Below, in pieces: positions 53,479 to 64,000 of a DNA stretch of 64,000 nucleotides. The stretch is from an uncultured Nitrospiraceae bacterium. Lineage in GTDB: Bacteria; Nitrospirota; Thermodesulfovibrionia; Thermodesulfovibrionales; SM23-35. Position numbers and translations under genes: made by a program. The notes under the pieces were generated by a model, which did not search any database, had not been told where the DNA came from, and saw only the letters and a list, made by a program, of their open reading frames with translations. The stretch is from positions 83,583-147,582 of the forward strand of contig CAVRAA010000006.1 in NCBI GenBank assembly GCA_963718855.1, given 5' to 3'. Numbering within the stretch: position 1 is the first letter of the stretch; every line of letters starts with the position of its first letter.

Positions 53479-54819
53479 CTAAAAAATCACCTGAAGCCGG
53501 AGGCCGACAACCGTCGCTGTATGAACGTCTTTTTTCCTGCTGTCAAGTACCTGCTCGCTGTCGATCTGCAGCCTGTCTTTCTGTGCAGGTCTGATTATCT
53601 GTATGTCCGGCGTTAACTTCATCCATGGAGTTAACGCTATATTGTAGTAAGCTTCAACTCCGTATTCGTCACGAAAAAACTCTCTGTCCGCAAGCAGCCC
53701 GGTGAATTCGGGATTGCTCATATCAATATAATAGAACCCTGCTCCGAATTCGTCCGTGGTTCTGCCGGGGACGACTCCCTTTCCGCCGAGCCCTACGCTG
53801 TAGAAATAGTGGATAGGGTTAGCGTCTCCGTCAGATGCACCAAATCTGCCGAAAACACCTACACCTTGCCCTTTCTTCGGTTCATATATGTACTGATCGA
53901 AGTTATAGAAAAACGCCCAGGAGTCGTCTTCTTTTTTTATCGTGCTTTTATCGATAAGTATGCGCAGGCTTTGATCAAGGGAAGAGAAGTCCTTGCCGGA
54001 ATAGGTCGCACCCACGAGTTGATGGCCTGTCATCCCGAAAAAGTCTGTCCTGACACGCCCCTCGATTGCGTAGGTATTATTTCCTTCGAATGCAGTATCA
54101 AACCCACTCGTGTTCGCCCTTCCATTTGAATCAATAACCATCATGGTTATGACAGCCTGTTTGGGATCTTTCGTCGGAAGGATGATAATCCCTGCGCCAA
54201 GCGTTGAACTGGGAACAGTCAGAAGTAAAGCAGGATTGATATTGAATGCCAGATTGAAAAACTGCTTATCTCCTTTTCCGTGGGCAAATTCATTTGCATC
54301 TCCCGAGGTTGTATCAAGTTTTCCAAGAGTGACACCGAAATAGTGAGAAAGGAACTGGGTGAATTTTACCTCGGGAATATTCAATTCCCGTTTTCCCGGA
54401 GTAGGGAACAGCTGGTTTGCATTCACCGGCATGATTGAGCCGGTGTCCGGGTTTATGGGTTTGTTGTAATTCCCTTCGACTTCAACTGTGAAAAATCCTC
54501 CGGGCCACAAACCCATTTTCTGGGTGTCCATATGAAGTGTGAGGTTGCCACGTCCGGTATACTCCCAGCCCTGATTCTTGCCTCCGCTGATAACGCTCTG
54601 CCCGATCTGGGTCAGGTTAATGTCGAACTTTATTCCCTTTGCAGCCCATTCATTGCGTGTAGCACCCCAATCACCTGTCATAGTTGATCGGGACCAGAAA
54701 TCTCCTGAATATGACGTAGTGTCAGAACCCCCGGCTGCTCCAGCCTGAACAGTGAGGACTATCCCCAGCAGGAATACAAGCATTACAGTGCTCATAAATC
54801 GTTTCGTCGTACTTTTCAT
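53479..54819 (-). CDS. OprB-family (carbohydrate-selective) porin
   Basis: 446 aa with a signal peptide and a beta-barrel ending ...GLRLQVIF. Its stop abuts the region just upstream of the sulfatase gene. Confidence 0.65.
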   Translation of the reverse strand: MKSTTKRFMSTVMLVFLLGIVLTVQAGAAGGSDTTSYSGDFWSRSTMTGDWGATRNEWAAKGIKFDINLTQIGQSVISGGKNQGWEYTGRGNLTLHMDTQKMGLWPGGFFTVEVEGNYNKPINPDTGSIMPVNANQLFPTPGKRELNIPEVKFTQFLSHYFGVTLGKLDTTSGDANEFAHGKGDKQFFNLAFNINPALLLTVPSSTLGAGIIILPTKDPKQAVITMMVIDSNGRANTSGFDTAFEGNNTYAIEGRVRTDFFGMTGHQLVGATYSGKDFSSLDQSLRILIDKSTIKKEDDSWAFFYNFDQYIYEPKKGQGVGVFGRFGASDGDANPIHYFYSVGLGGKGVVPGRTTDEFGAGFYYIDMSNPEFTGLLADREFFRDEYGVEAYYNIALTPWMKLTPDIQIIRPAQKDRLQIDSEQVLDSRKKDVHTATVVGLRLQVIF

Positions 54820-54924
54820 CCGTTTACCTCCTTGTTATTTTTTATTCGCCATTTTCTTGCCGTACATTATATATATCTTGAAGCACTTTCATCTATCATC
54901 ATTTTAAATCCAGCGGTAAGAATA

Positions 54925-55023
54925 GTCATTGCGAGTGACGTTGCGAGGTAAGGCCAAAGCAAAGTCGGAGCGAGATTCCGCAAGATGTCCGGAACAGGCT
55001 AAGCAGGACGGGTGAAGTCTGAC
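54925..55023. repeat. GTCATTGCGAG-type intergenic element (degenerate)
   Basis: gtcattgcgagtgacgttgcgagg...gattccgcaagatgtccggaacagg...gaagtctgac. It resembles the GTCATTCC family but has poor terminal symmetry. Confidence 0.35.
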
Positions 55024-55066
55024 ACTTTTTCCCGCTTCTGCTTGACATACTGCCGTACAATATGAT

Positions 55067-55324
55067 ATGGTTAACCATATGAAGACGACAATACAGCTAC
55101 CTGACAGCCTTCTGAAAGAGGCCCGCAAGCTCGCAAATGAGGAGCAGACGACGCTGAAATCCCTCATGGAAGAGGGGCTCCGTCGTATCGTCTCCGAACG
55201 CAAACGGCGGGGAAGTTTCAATCTCCGTAAGGCCACATTCAAAGGAAAGGGACTTCAGCCTCATCTGACAGGAGCAACCTGGGACCAGATTCGGGACATC
55301 AGCTATGAAGGACGCGGAGGGTGA
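55067..55324 (+). CDS. vapB: VapB-type antitoxin
   Basis: 85 aa (or start MKTTIQLPDSLLKEARKLA at 55079). The stop overlaps the vapC GTG start. Confidence 0.7.
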   Translation: MVNHMKTTIQLPDSLLKEARKLANEEQTTLKSLMEEGLRRIVSERKRRGSFNLRKATFKGKGLQPHLTGATWDQIRDISYEGRGG

Positions 55325-55755
55325 TTGCAGTAGACAGCAATATTCTGGTTTACGCACACCGCGAAGATGCCCCATGGCATGATGCCGCTTATGCCCGGAT
55401 TTCCGAATTAGCTGAGGGTCAGGCGTCATGGGCGATACCATGGCCGTGTATTCATGAGTTTCTTGCCATTGTGACCCATCCAAAGATTTACGCTCCTCCA
55501 ACGCCGCTGGGGAAAGCTCTTGAACAATGTGAAGCCTGGCTGGAATCTCCAAGCCTTGTTCTTCTCTCTGAAACAGAGGATTACTGGCTGCAACTCCGCC
55601 CCATTCTCGTGACCGGACGGGTTTCGGGTCCGCAAATACACGACGCCAGGGTGGCGGCATTATGCAAGGAGCACGGCGTGACTGAGTTGTGGACCGCAGA
55701 CAGGGACTTTGGGCGCTTTCCGGCTGTACAGACCCGAAACCCGCTCGTCGGTTAG
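55321..55755 (+). CDS. vapC: PIN-domain toxin
   Basis: 144 aa. (V)IAVDSNILVYAHRED carries the first acidic PIN residue, and TADRDF lies near the C-terminus. Confidence 0.8.
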   Translation: MIAVDSNILVYAHREDAPWHDAAYARISELAEGQASWAIPWPCIHEFLAIVTHPKIYAPPTPLGKALEQCEAWLESPSLVLLSETEDYWLQLRPILVTGRVSGPQIHDARVAALCKEHGVTELWTADRDFGRFPAVQTRNPLVG

Positions 55756-55857
55756 AAATTCCCCGAACGGCGTGTGCCGTTGTTATCGATCGTGGCAATG
55801 GCTCGAATGTTTTTATCCCTCCTTGTTGTTTTCATCTGAAGGTATATAATTAATCTC

Positions 55858-58800
55858 ATGGCAACGCGCAATAAAATACTCTATTTGCTCGCCGGTTTCC
55901 TCGGATTTGTTGTCCTGTTGGGCATCGTCCTCTCTTTTTCCGTCCCCAGGCTTATCAATTCAGACGCCGTGAAGACGAAGGTGAATGCCTATTTCCTTGA
56001 AAAAACCGGAGGAAGTCTTGGCATTGCGGCAAACAGAGATTCACCTGTTTCCGCTTCCTCATGTCGCTTTCCAGCAGGTGAGTTTCTCGATACCCGATAA
56101 GGCAAGTGGTCTTATGCAATCCCTTTCTGTATATCCCGACGTGTGGTCACTTATCAGGGGCGACCTGCGATTTTCAAAACTCAGCCTTGAATCACCTCGC
56201 ATCACCATTGCCCTGTCTGAAGATAAGGAAAAGAAATCTCTTGAACAGATCGAAGAGAAAATCAAATCTGTAATGCAGGGGCTGACATCCATAGCGCCGA
56301 ATCTTTCTATTAGCGTACAGAAAGGCAAGCTTGATCTGACAAAAGAGGATCGGGTTGCGTTTTCATTCGATGCGATTCAATCAAGGCTTGCTGTCTCGGG
56401 TAAATTTCTGAAGCTCTCCCTCACCAGTACATCAGACCTGTGGGATGATTTTTCGATCAATACCTCCTTGCATGCAGAAGATTTGAAAAGCAGCGGAACC
56501 GTTCAGATTACCAAATTCAGACCTCATACTCTCATTGCTGAACTCTCTCCAAAAATAGCTGGTCATGTCGGAGATGCTGAGGCAGACCTTGCTGTGGAAT
56601 TTGAGGCCCTGGGATTACGGCAGGTGCGTGGTGAGGTCAAAAGCTCGGTCCCACGTCTGGTTCTTATCAGAGGAAAAAACCGCGTAACGATTGAGGACTT
56701 GAACGTTAAAGGAAACATCGAAATTGAACCACAGAGCGTTTCAGTCCTGCTCAGTGAGTTGAACGCTGCACATCCGGATTTGAAGATGTCCGGAAAATAT
56801 GCTCTTGATCGAGTTACTGGCATTATGGAACTCGATGTGGAAGGGAAATCAATTGATGTGCAATCAACGCGCAGTTCAGCACTTTCTCTCGGAGGAGACA
56901 TCCCTGTTATAAAAACTATTTTTTCTTATCTGCAAGGCGGGAGGATTCCTGCCGTGCATTTTCACACAGGCGGGAAATCAACGGCGGATCTCGGGCGGCT
57001 GGAGAATATGCAGATATCCGGGAGCATGCAAAAGGGAGACATCTTTGTTGCGGTAAAAGACCTGCGCTTTAACAATGTTTCGGGCGATGTGGTTGTTGCA
57101 AAGGGAATCCTTAAGGCTAAAAATATCAGGGCATCTCTGGATAATCACCAGGGCAGCGACGGGAAATTGGCAATTGGACTAAAGGGAAAAGATGCTCCGT
57201 TCCACCTCGACATGTTGGTGAAGGCAGATATGGCGGAGTTGCCTTCATTGCTTAGACAGAAGAAGCTGATAAAAAATGAAGCTGTTCTGCGGGAAATGGA
57301 CCGTCTCTCCGATACGCGGGGTACTGCACAGGGGAGGCTGATACTCGGCGACCGGCTCGATTCGATCCATGTTGTCACTGATGTTTCACAGATGAATCTC
57401 ACTACCCGGTATGAGCCATTGCCCTTTCCTCTCATGATAACAGGAGGACAGTTTTTCTTTGATGAGAAAAGCATAAGGATTGCCAAAGGTGGGCGGCAGC
57501 CTTGGGAACTCTTCCTTCGCTGGTCTGACGGCTAAAATCGATCTTGATGAGAAGGCTGATTTTGAAATCACGGACGGACAGATGTCGGTGAATACGGATG
57601 AGATATATCCGTGGATTACCTCGTTTGAAAAGATAAAGCCTGTTCTTAAAGATGTGCCGTCAATGAGTGGAATAATCGCAGTATCCTCACTGAATCTGAA
57701 AGGACCTTTTAAGCAGCCAAAAGACTGGCGGTTCACCGTAGATGGCGAGACAAAGAAGTTCACCCTTAATGCCGCGTTCCTTCCAGGCAAGGCGGAAGAA
57801 ATGAGCGGGATGTTTAGAATCACCCAGGACGAACTGAGCCTGAAGGACATTCGAACGAGGATGAGTGACAGTGTTCTCACGGTATCTGGAACGTTCAGGG
57901 AGTTTCCCGCTGCTATCAATACCATTGCTCTTTCCCTGCAGGGAGATATAGGGCCAAAAGTCACTGAATGGATATCCAGCCTTAATCCAGCTTCCTCCGG
58001 AAATCGCGGTGCGCGCTCCTCTTTCTGTTTCAGCCTCAAAACTCTTATGGGAAAAAGGTACAAAAACAACCTTTGACGGCAGGCTTGTATTCGGCAGGGA
58101 AACACAGGTGTCTCTCAAGCTGACAAAGACTCCGGACGAACTGTCAGTGCATGAAATTGCGATCAAAGACAGTAACTCCAATGTTACGGCGAATGGTAGG
58201 CTCAACAAAAAAACGATTGACATCGTATTCAAAGGGATGTTGGCCTCTCGCACGTTTAATACCATCTTTGCACAGAACATGTTTTCTGATTCTTCATTGC
58301 AGGGAGATTTTCGATCGCATATTCTTCTCGAAAGACCCCGAACAGTCTGCAATTGAAGGGGTCATCCAGGGGAAAAACCTTCCGATTCCCTGGAAATTTG
58401 ACGTTCCACTGGTTGTCCAAAATATCTCTCTCAGGGCAGAGAAAAAACGCATTTCAGTAGATACCGCGCAACTCTTGCTGGGCAAGGAAAAATTACTACT
58501 GAAAGGGACTATAGACACTGCTCCGACATCAGTCTTCATTGATATGGATATTTTTGCCGATGGTATCAACTGGGAGACGGTAGAAAATATTATCCAAAAA
58601 ACGAAAAAAAGCGATGGGAAGAAAACGTTCGGATCGCCTGAAAGTGTCCTGCTGAAAGGAACACTGAGGATACAATCGGATTATTTTAAATACCGGCAAT
58701 TCACCTGGGAGCCATTTTATGCTGAGGTCAAATTTGATGGGAACACGGTGTCTGTTCATGCTACGCGGGCGGCCCTCTGCGGAATCTCCACAACGGGAGA

Positions 58801-59482
58801 TGTAACTATCGCACCCTCGGGCGCAGAGATAGATATTGCATTGTCTGCAGATAACCTTGAACTGCAGCCGGCCATCCTCTGTATTTCGGACAAGAAAGCT
58901 GATATCACAGGCAAATTTTCGATGAAAGCCGATCTTAAGGGAAAAGGGCCGCTCGATACCATTGCGAAATCCCTGCACGGTTCTTTTACTATCAATGCAA
59001 AAAAAGGGACAATCTACAAGTCTAAGTCGCTGGATAAGACCCTGGATCTTGTAAACAAGACTGAGAACGTAAAGGGGAAATTGCCTGATCTTGACAAGAC
59101 AATGATCAAGTATCGTGATTTTACCGCGAGCGGAACGATAAAAGAGCATATCCTGGAACTGGACGAAAGTGGTCTTGACGCATACTCATTTGGCATGCTT
59201 GCTCAGGGAACAATCGATCTTCAGAATCAGAATCTCGATCTGAACGCTCTCGTTGTCCCGGTAAACAGGGTCCAGCGTATTGTAGGCAAAATTCCTGTAT
59301 TGGGAAAAATATTGGGAGGCAGTCTGGTCTCTATCCCCGTAAAGATCAGAGGGAATATTTCAGATCCTGAGGTTACCTTCCTCTCTCCCTCTGCCATTGG
59401 TTCTGCGTTCTTCGGAATTATAGAAAGGACCCTTAAACTGCCGATTACCATCATAGAGCCTGTGCTGCCTGCGAAAAAATAA
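55858..59482 (+). CDS. Large AsmA-family envelope protein, split into five ORFs by four apparent +1 frame changes
   Basis: The N-terminal anchor is MATRNKILYLLAGFLGFVVLLGIVLSF. Track ORFs 55858.., 55985.., 57480.., 58009.. and 58151..59482 run in frames 1,2,0,1,2 and join sensibly, for example IRIAK|VGGSLGNSSFAG at the A3 run 57485-57487. The AsmA-like C-terminus reads VPVKIRGNISDPEV. Confidence 0.7.
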
Positions 59483-59550
59483 AAGGGATAGTGTCCCTTA
59501 AAAAGGGGTGCTATCAAAGGTGATTAGTAACCCTATATCAGCTCTACTTT

Positions 59551-59654
59551 GTCATTCCGGCTTGTCCGGAATCTTTCTGAAAAACAACCCCTTCACCCCC
59601 TTTGCTAAGGGGGAATCAGAAAGATTCCCGACGCGCTTCGCTTGCGGGAATGAC
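59551..59654. repeat. MITE-like palindromic element, GTCATTCC family (copy 3)
   Basis: gtcattccggcttgtccggaatctttctga ... cccctttgctaaggggg ... tcagaaagattcccgacgcgcttcgcttgcgggaatgac. Confidence 0.7.
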
Positions 59655-59690
59655 ATCAAGACTATCTACCGGCAGTAAAAAAGATGTGAA

Positions 59691-61193
59691 TCACTTGCCT
59701 TCTTCGACTTCCTCCTTCGCTATCCGTGCAAGTTTTACCAACTCCCAGTAAGGAGGCGCGTAACCGTTCTCTGCCTTGAACCGGTCGGCCTTTACGGAAA
59801 GGCGTTCTTTGATGGATGTGTGTATCTTGTCATAATACATCGAACGCAATGCTGCGGTTGCGGACATTCCTTCGGGGACAGGGCCTGTTTTCCCGAAATA
59901 ATTCATTACAACGCTGAATCCTTTCACAATACGCGTTATAGGAAGGAGATACCATTGATAAGAGACTTCCTCTCCTTTTTCAGCTCCTTCGAGCATTACT
60001 TCTGTTACAGCGTTGTCGTAGTGGTCTTTTTTGAGGGTCGCCTGGTCGCGCCACTCTGCGACTACCACAAGCTGCGGGTCATATTCAAGATCGGACGGCT
60101 CCTGCGTTTCGAAATGACGCACACCAAAGGCAGCCAGCCATTTTCTCAGTCCCGGGGATGAGATATGCGAGATGCCGGACCACAGATGGATGCCGAATTG
60201 TTCGTATGCCGCCGATGCCACTTCTGAACAGAAGAGCTTTGAATGGTCTTTGTAATCCATCGCGAAATCATAGGGGATATGTTCTTCTTTTGCCCGTTTG
60301 TAGGCGACCTCTGCTGCCCTGTGGGGGAGCATGGGATCTTTCACAATCTCGTACAGGTCTGCCCTGGGGCGCAGGAGCATCACGCGCAATTTCTTGTCTT
60401 TCAGATACGCCTCAACAGTTGATACCACAACCCCTACCTCGATATGCGATTCAACGATCTTCGCCTCTCGTGTTTCGGGATCGACATATACGAATGCGAT
60501 ATGGGAGAAATTTCCGGGATAATCATTTCCACGCGCGATCAGTGCGGATGTGGGTGCCCCGCCCCGTGAAACGAGGATATCGCCGCTGTGCAATTTCACC
60601 TGCCTGACATCAGCCGCAGGTGTCTGAGACGGCTCATCCCTCCCTTGAATCATAACAGGGTATGCTTCCTGCGGGGACTGCAGCATAATCTCTTCGATCG
60701 CAGTGCGGCCGCCATAGAGGAGCCTGTAAAGGGTTATCCTTGATGCATCTGCATTCATATCCCAATGCACCGACTGTTTTTTCACAACATCGCGCATTTG
60801 GGTTATTAAGCGGATGTATTCAGGAATAAGTACGTTGCAACCACTCACAAGCGGACCGGCTTCAAACATTCTTCGTTCAAGATCTGCAAATTCAGGAGCA
60901 TCAGGCCCGAGTTTCTTCTGTGCTATCGTCAGCAAGAGCCTGCCTGTCTCGATAAGTTCAGACGCGGTCTGGTTCTGGACATCCCTGCAGCCGGACTGCT
61001 GCAACTGTCTGTATTTCGCTTCCAGTGCCTGCCAATACGTGTCCTGATTCCATACGAAACCTTGTTTCTTGACGGAACCGGCATCAGTGGCCGGTAACGA
61101 CGGCGCACGTTCAGGGATAAGCAGCAATAAATATGTTGCCGCCAGAATCCCTGCAAAAGCTGCAATAATCTTCTTCATCCCGGACTTTCTCAT
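59691..61193 (-). CDS. Secreted or anchored protein with a YiiX-like permuted papain (NlpC/P60 superfamily) domain
   Basis: 500 aa. GDILVSRGGAPTSALIARGNDYPGNFSHIAFVYVD...FCSEVASAAYE resembles the permuted Cys/His arrangement. The assignment is from memory. Confidence 0.5.
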   Translation of the reverse strand: MRKSGMKKIIAAFAGILAATYLLLLIPERAPSLPATDAGSVKKQGFVWNQDTYWQALEAKYRQLQQSGCRDVQNQTASELIETGRLLLTIAQKKLGPDAPEFADLERRMFEAGPLVSGCNVLIPEYIRLITQMRDVVKKQSVHWDMNADASRITLYRLLYGGRTAIEEIMLQSPQEAYPVMIQGRDEPSQTPAADVRQVKLHSGDILVSRGGAPTSALIARGNDYPGNFSHIAFVYVDPETREAKIVESHIEVGVVVSTVEAYLKDKKLRVMLLRPRADLYEIVKDPMLPHRAAEVAYKRAKEEHIPYDFAMDYKDHSKLFCSEVASAAYEQFGIHLWSGISHISSPGLRKWLAAFGVRHFETQEPSDLEYDPQLVVVAEWRDQATLKKDHYDNAVTEVMLEGAEKGEEVSYQWYLLPITRIVKGFSVVMNYFGKTGPVPEGMSATAALRSMYYDKIHTSIKERLSVKADRFKAENGYAPPYWELVKLARIAKEEVEEGK

Positions 61194-61341
61194 GACTTTA
61201 TGACCCCTTTCGTCAGGCAGAATGGTATATTATACTTCACTGTGCAGTACCATTGGGTTCTTTATCCGATAGTTCAATGCAATACATTGAAAGAAAAGCA
61301 CTTTTGTGATATTTTGTACATAATTGGAGACTAATTTGTTG

Positions 61342-63210
61342 ATGCTGCGCGTTCTGATCATACTATTTGTTTCTGCTGTCTTTCTTCATTCAGCAACAGC
61401 ATCCGCGTCCGCTGATTCCCGGGAGACGAAGAGGGTGCTTGTCCTCTACAGCCTTGAGAAGGGCAACGTCGGACAGGAGAGAATGGATGCACAGCTAAAG
61501 GATATCTTCAGCAGGAATAAGACATTTAATATACAAATCTTTAACGAGTACCTTGATCTGATCCGCTTTCCGGAGGAAGCCCAAATATCCCGACTGGCTC
61601 ATTTCCTGAACAGTAAATATTCCAGGGAAAAAATCGATGCAGTGATAACAATTCTTCCTCCGGCCCTTGAATGCCTGAAATCAAACGGGAAAGCGCTGTT
61701 TAAAGGGGCACCGATCATCGCTGCTATGTTACCTAGGGACACTGCTGAAGCCCTTCCAGCATCTCCTCTGCGTAATCGGGCAATAGGCATTATCTATGCT
61801 GATAACGGATATGAAATTGCAAAGACAGCCCTCATACTTAGACCGTGGACGAAGCAAGTTGCCTTTATTGCCGGAGCTTCGCCCCTCGACATCAGTTTCA
61901 AGGTGCCTATCCTCAGGGAGATCAGGCGGGCTATTGGTGGAATAGATATGATCGACCTGTCCGGGCTTTCGATGGAAGAAACCCTGTTACGCGTGCATAG
62001 CCTGCCGCCGGACACAATTGTTTTCCACACAAGCATATTCAGGGATAAGAACGGCGAAGTTTTTAACCCACCTGATGCGCACAGCATGGTGTCCAACGCC
62101 TCGAATGCGCCTGTGTTCGGGTTCGTGGAATCCCACATGGGGAAAGGTATCGTGGGAGGCAGACTTGCTATCCTCGAGTGGCACATCGGGAAGATTGCGG
62201 AAGTGACCCTGCGTATCCTGAACGGCGAATCTCCCGCAGCGATTCCGATCGTTGAAGAAGGTGGATACCGGGCTGTCTATGACTGGAAGGAGCTAAAGCG
62301 ATGGGCGATTCCGGAAAGCAGTCTGCCGAAAGGAAGCATTCTTATCAATAAAGAAACAAGTCTGCTCGATCGCTACAAAAAATATTTCGCAGCGGGTATG
62401 TTGTTTTTTATCTTTCAGTCAGCCCTTATTTTCGTTCTCATTAAGTTGAACCGGCAGAAAAGAAGAGCGTATGCACAGCTTCAGGACTATACGGGGCGAT
62501 ATTATGAACTGCTCCGGGTTGACCGTTCATCGCGCCTGGGGGAACTGACCGCATCGCTGGCCCATGAACTGAACCAGCCATTGGCGGCAATTCGCAGCAA
62601 TGCACAGGCCGCGCTGCGCTTCCTCGCGTCCGGAAAAAATGACCCTGAACTTTTCCGCGAAATCCTTCAGAATATCGTGCAGGACGACAAGAGGGCTGCG
62701 GATATTATCAGAAGTCTACGGACAATGGTGAAAAAGGGTGAGATAAGGAAAGAGCCCATCAATATCAATGAAGTGCTCCGTGAGGTCATTAGCATCGCCA
62801 GTGGCTCGCTGATCGCGCATCAAATCCGTATCGAAACCCGTTATGATAAAATGTTGCCTTTGGTCATTGTCGATAAAACCCAAATCCAGCAGGTCGCACT
62901 GAATCTCATCATGAATGCAATGGATGCCGTAGCGCAGAGCGTTCCGGAAAAGAGGAACATCATGCTCACAACAAAACTGATGGACGGTTTTATAAGGGTA
63001 GCTGTGCATGACTACGGCCCGGGGATTCCCTCAGGGGACGTCGACAGAGTGTTTGATGCCTTTTACACTACAAAGACCAATGGCCTCGGCATGGGACTTG
63101 CCGTCTGCAAGTCCATCGCCGCGGAGCACGGAGGGCGCATCTGGGCCGAGAACAATCCGGAGGGGGGAGCGAGCTTTATATTTGAATTAAAGGCGCAGGA
63201 TCATGCGTGA
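61342..63210 (+). CDS. Sensor histidine kinase with a periplasmic solute-binding-like domain
   Basis: Signal/TM MLRVLIILFVSAVFLHSATASA, a second TM FAAGMLFFIFQSALIFVLI, H-box LTASLAHELNQPLAAI, and G-box GLGMGLAVCKSIAAEHGG. Confidence 0.85.
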   Translation: MLRVLIILFVSAVFLHSATASASADSRETKRVLVLYSLEKGNVGQERMDAQLKDIFSRNKTFNIQIFNEYLDLIRFPEEAQISRLAHFLNSKYSREKIDAVITILPPALECLKSNGKALFKGAPIIAAMLPRDTAEALPASPLRNRAIGIIYADNGYEIAKTALILRPWTKQVAFIAGASPLDISFKVPILREIRRAIGGIDMIDLSGLSMEETLLRVHSLPPDTIVFHTSIFRDKNGEVFNPPDAHSMVSNASNAPVFGFVESHMGKGIVGGRLAILEWHIGKIAEVTLRILNGESPAAIPIVEEGGYRAVYDWKELKRWAIPESSLPKGSILINKETSLLDRYKKYFAAGMLFFIFQSALIFVLIKLNRQKRRAYAQLQDYTGRYYELLRVDRSSRLGELTASLAHELNQPLAAIRSNAQAALRFLASGKNDPELFREILQNIVQDDKRAADIIRSLRTMVKKGEIRKEPININEVLREVISIASGSLIAHQIRIETRYDKMLPLVIVDKTQIQQVALNLIMNAMDAVAQSVPEKRNIMLTTKLMDGFIRVAVHDYGPGIPSGDVDRVFDAFYTTKTNGLGMGLAVCKSIAAEHGGRIWAENNPEGGASFIFELKAQDHA

Positions 63211-63820
63211 TAAGGAAACTGTCATATTCGTGATCGATGACGATGCATCGGTGCGGAGGAGCATGTCACTGCTCCTCAGATCGGCCGGATATCAGGTTGA
63301 GACCTTTGCCTCGGCAGAGGAATTTCTCGACAAGGCCTCTTATGAACGCATAGGCTGCATTATTCTCGATGTACGGATGAGGGGTATGACCGGACTTGAT
63401 CTGCAGGAACACCTTTGCAGGCACGATTGTCATATGCCAATCATATTTATGACCGGTCATGGCGACATTCCGATGAGTGTGCAGGCGATGAAAAAAGGCG
63501 CGATTGATTTTCTGACCAAGCCTTTTGACGATACGCAGCTCCTTTCGGTCATCGAAAGCGCTGTCGGAAAATACAGGGCTGAAAAGGCCGTACTCGATGA
63601 GCTGCGCGATTTCCGTAAACAGTTAGCGACCCTGACCCCCCGGGAGCATGAGGTCTTTCTTCATGTGTTAGCAGGACTGCTGAACAAGCAGATTGCAGAC
63701 GTTCTCAATATCAAGGAACATACCGTCAAAGTCCACAGGGGCCGGGTAATGGAGAAGCTCGGCGCGGATTCCCTTGCAGAACTTGTCCGAATGGCGGCGA
63801 AGTCAGCTATCCTCCAATAA
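63203..63820 (+). CDS. FixJ/LuxR-type response regulator (REC plus LuxR HTH)
   Basis: VIFVIDDDASVRRSM...CIILDVRMRGMTG...LTKPF, then LTPREHEVFLHVLAGLLNKQIADVLNIKEHTVKVHRGRVMEKLG. Confidence 0.9.
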   Translation: MRDKETVIFVIDDDASVRRSMSLLLRSAGYQVETFASAEEFLDKASYERIGCIILDVRMRGMTGLDLQEHLCRHDCHMPIIFMTGHGDIPMSVQAMKKGAIDFLTKPFDDTQLLSVIESAVGKYRAEKAVLDELRDFRKQLATLTPREHEVFLHVLAGLLNKQIADVLNIKEHTVKVHRGRVMEKLGADSLAELVRMAAKSAILQ

Positions 63821-63882
63821 TCCTCCCCTTGAACTAAAGTGTAATAGACAAACGGAACGAATAGTCATATCCTTTCTACAGG

Positions 63883-64000
63883 ATGATATTCATTATCGAC
63901 GACGACCAATCAGTGCTCAGGGCGATTGTGCTCCTTCTTCGATCCGCCGGGTTTGATGTGAGGGCATTTTCCTCGGCAGTGGAGTTCCTCGACCAATCGC
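63883..64000 (+). CDS. Second response-regulator receiver domain (5-prime fragment, runs off the window)
   Basis: Own translation gives MIFIIDDDQSVLRAIVLLLRSAGFDVRAFSSAVEFLDQS. Confidence 0.7.
   Translation, partial: MIFIIDDDQSVLRAIVLLLRSAGFDVRAFSSAVEFLDQS

Noticed and set aside
14878-59654. The scattered short repeats as a CRISPR array
   Set aside because: The copies are kilobases apart, palindromic, of different lengths and not separated by uniform spacers. No cas genes are present.

Overview
64 kb from an anaerobic, selenocysteine-using bacterium. The gene content suggests Nitrospirota or Desulfobacterota, but this is inference only. From 1 to about 31.6 kb the window is mostly core genes: fhs, a NuoEF-linked selenocysteine formate dehydrogenase, purN, rsmD, hcp convergent with nrfHA, an orphan PilT-like ATPase, nnr-pgeF-tsaE-nadK, udg, truA, cstA, argB, mtgA, acpS and ihfA-merR-tRNA-Pro. 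Downstream of tRNA-Pro, from about 31.7 to 55 kb, is an accessory-looking block rich in cell-envelope and periplasmic proteins. It holds a DUF3300/DUF2950 pair, MipA, a patatin-POTRA-Omp85 fusion, FadL, a periplasmic rhodanese, a tandemly duplicated Tat-protein/small-anchor module, an ABM protein, a sigma-54 GAF activator, and a sulfatase with its maturase and a porin. After that come VapBC, a large AsmA-like gene, a YiiX-like protein and a two-component system. The best candidate for something new is at 43509..44351 (-). There an in-frame UGA with a SECIS-like hairpin joins two track ORFs into a Tat-signal, C_GCAxxG_C_C-like, di-haem c protein. This putative new selenoprotein sits in a sigma-54-associated periplasmic gene cluster of unknown function. 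Other points are about 21 apparent frameshifts, mostly at short homopolymers and therefore suspected assembly error, and several families of palindromic intergenic repeats. No CRISPR array, rRNA, integrase or transposase was seen.
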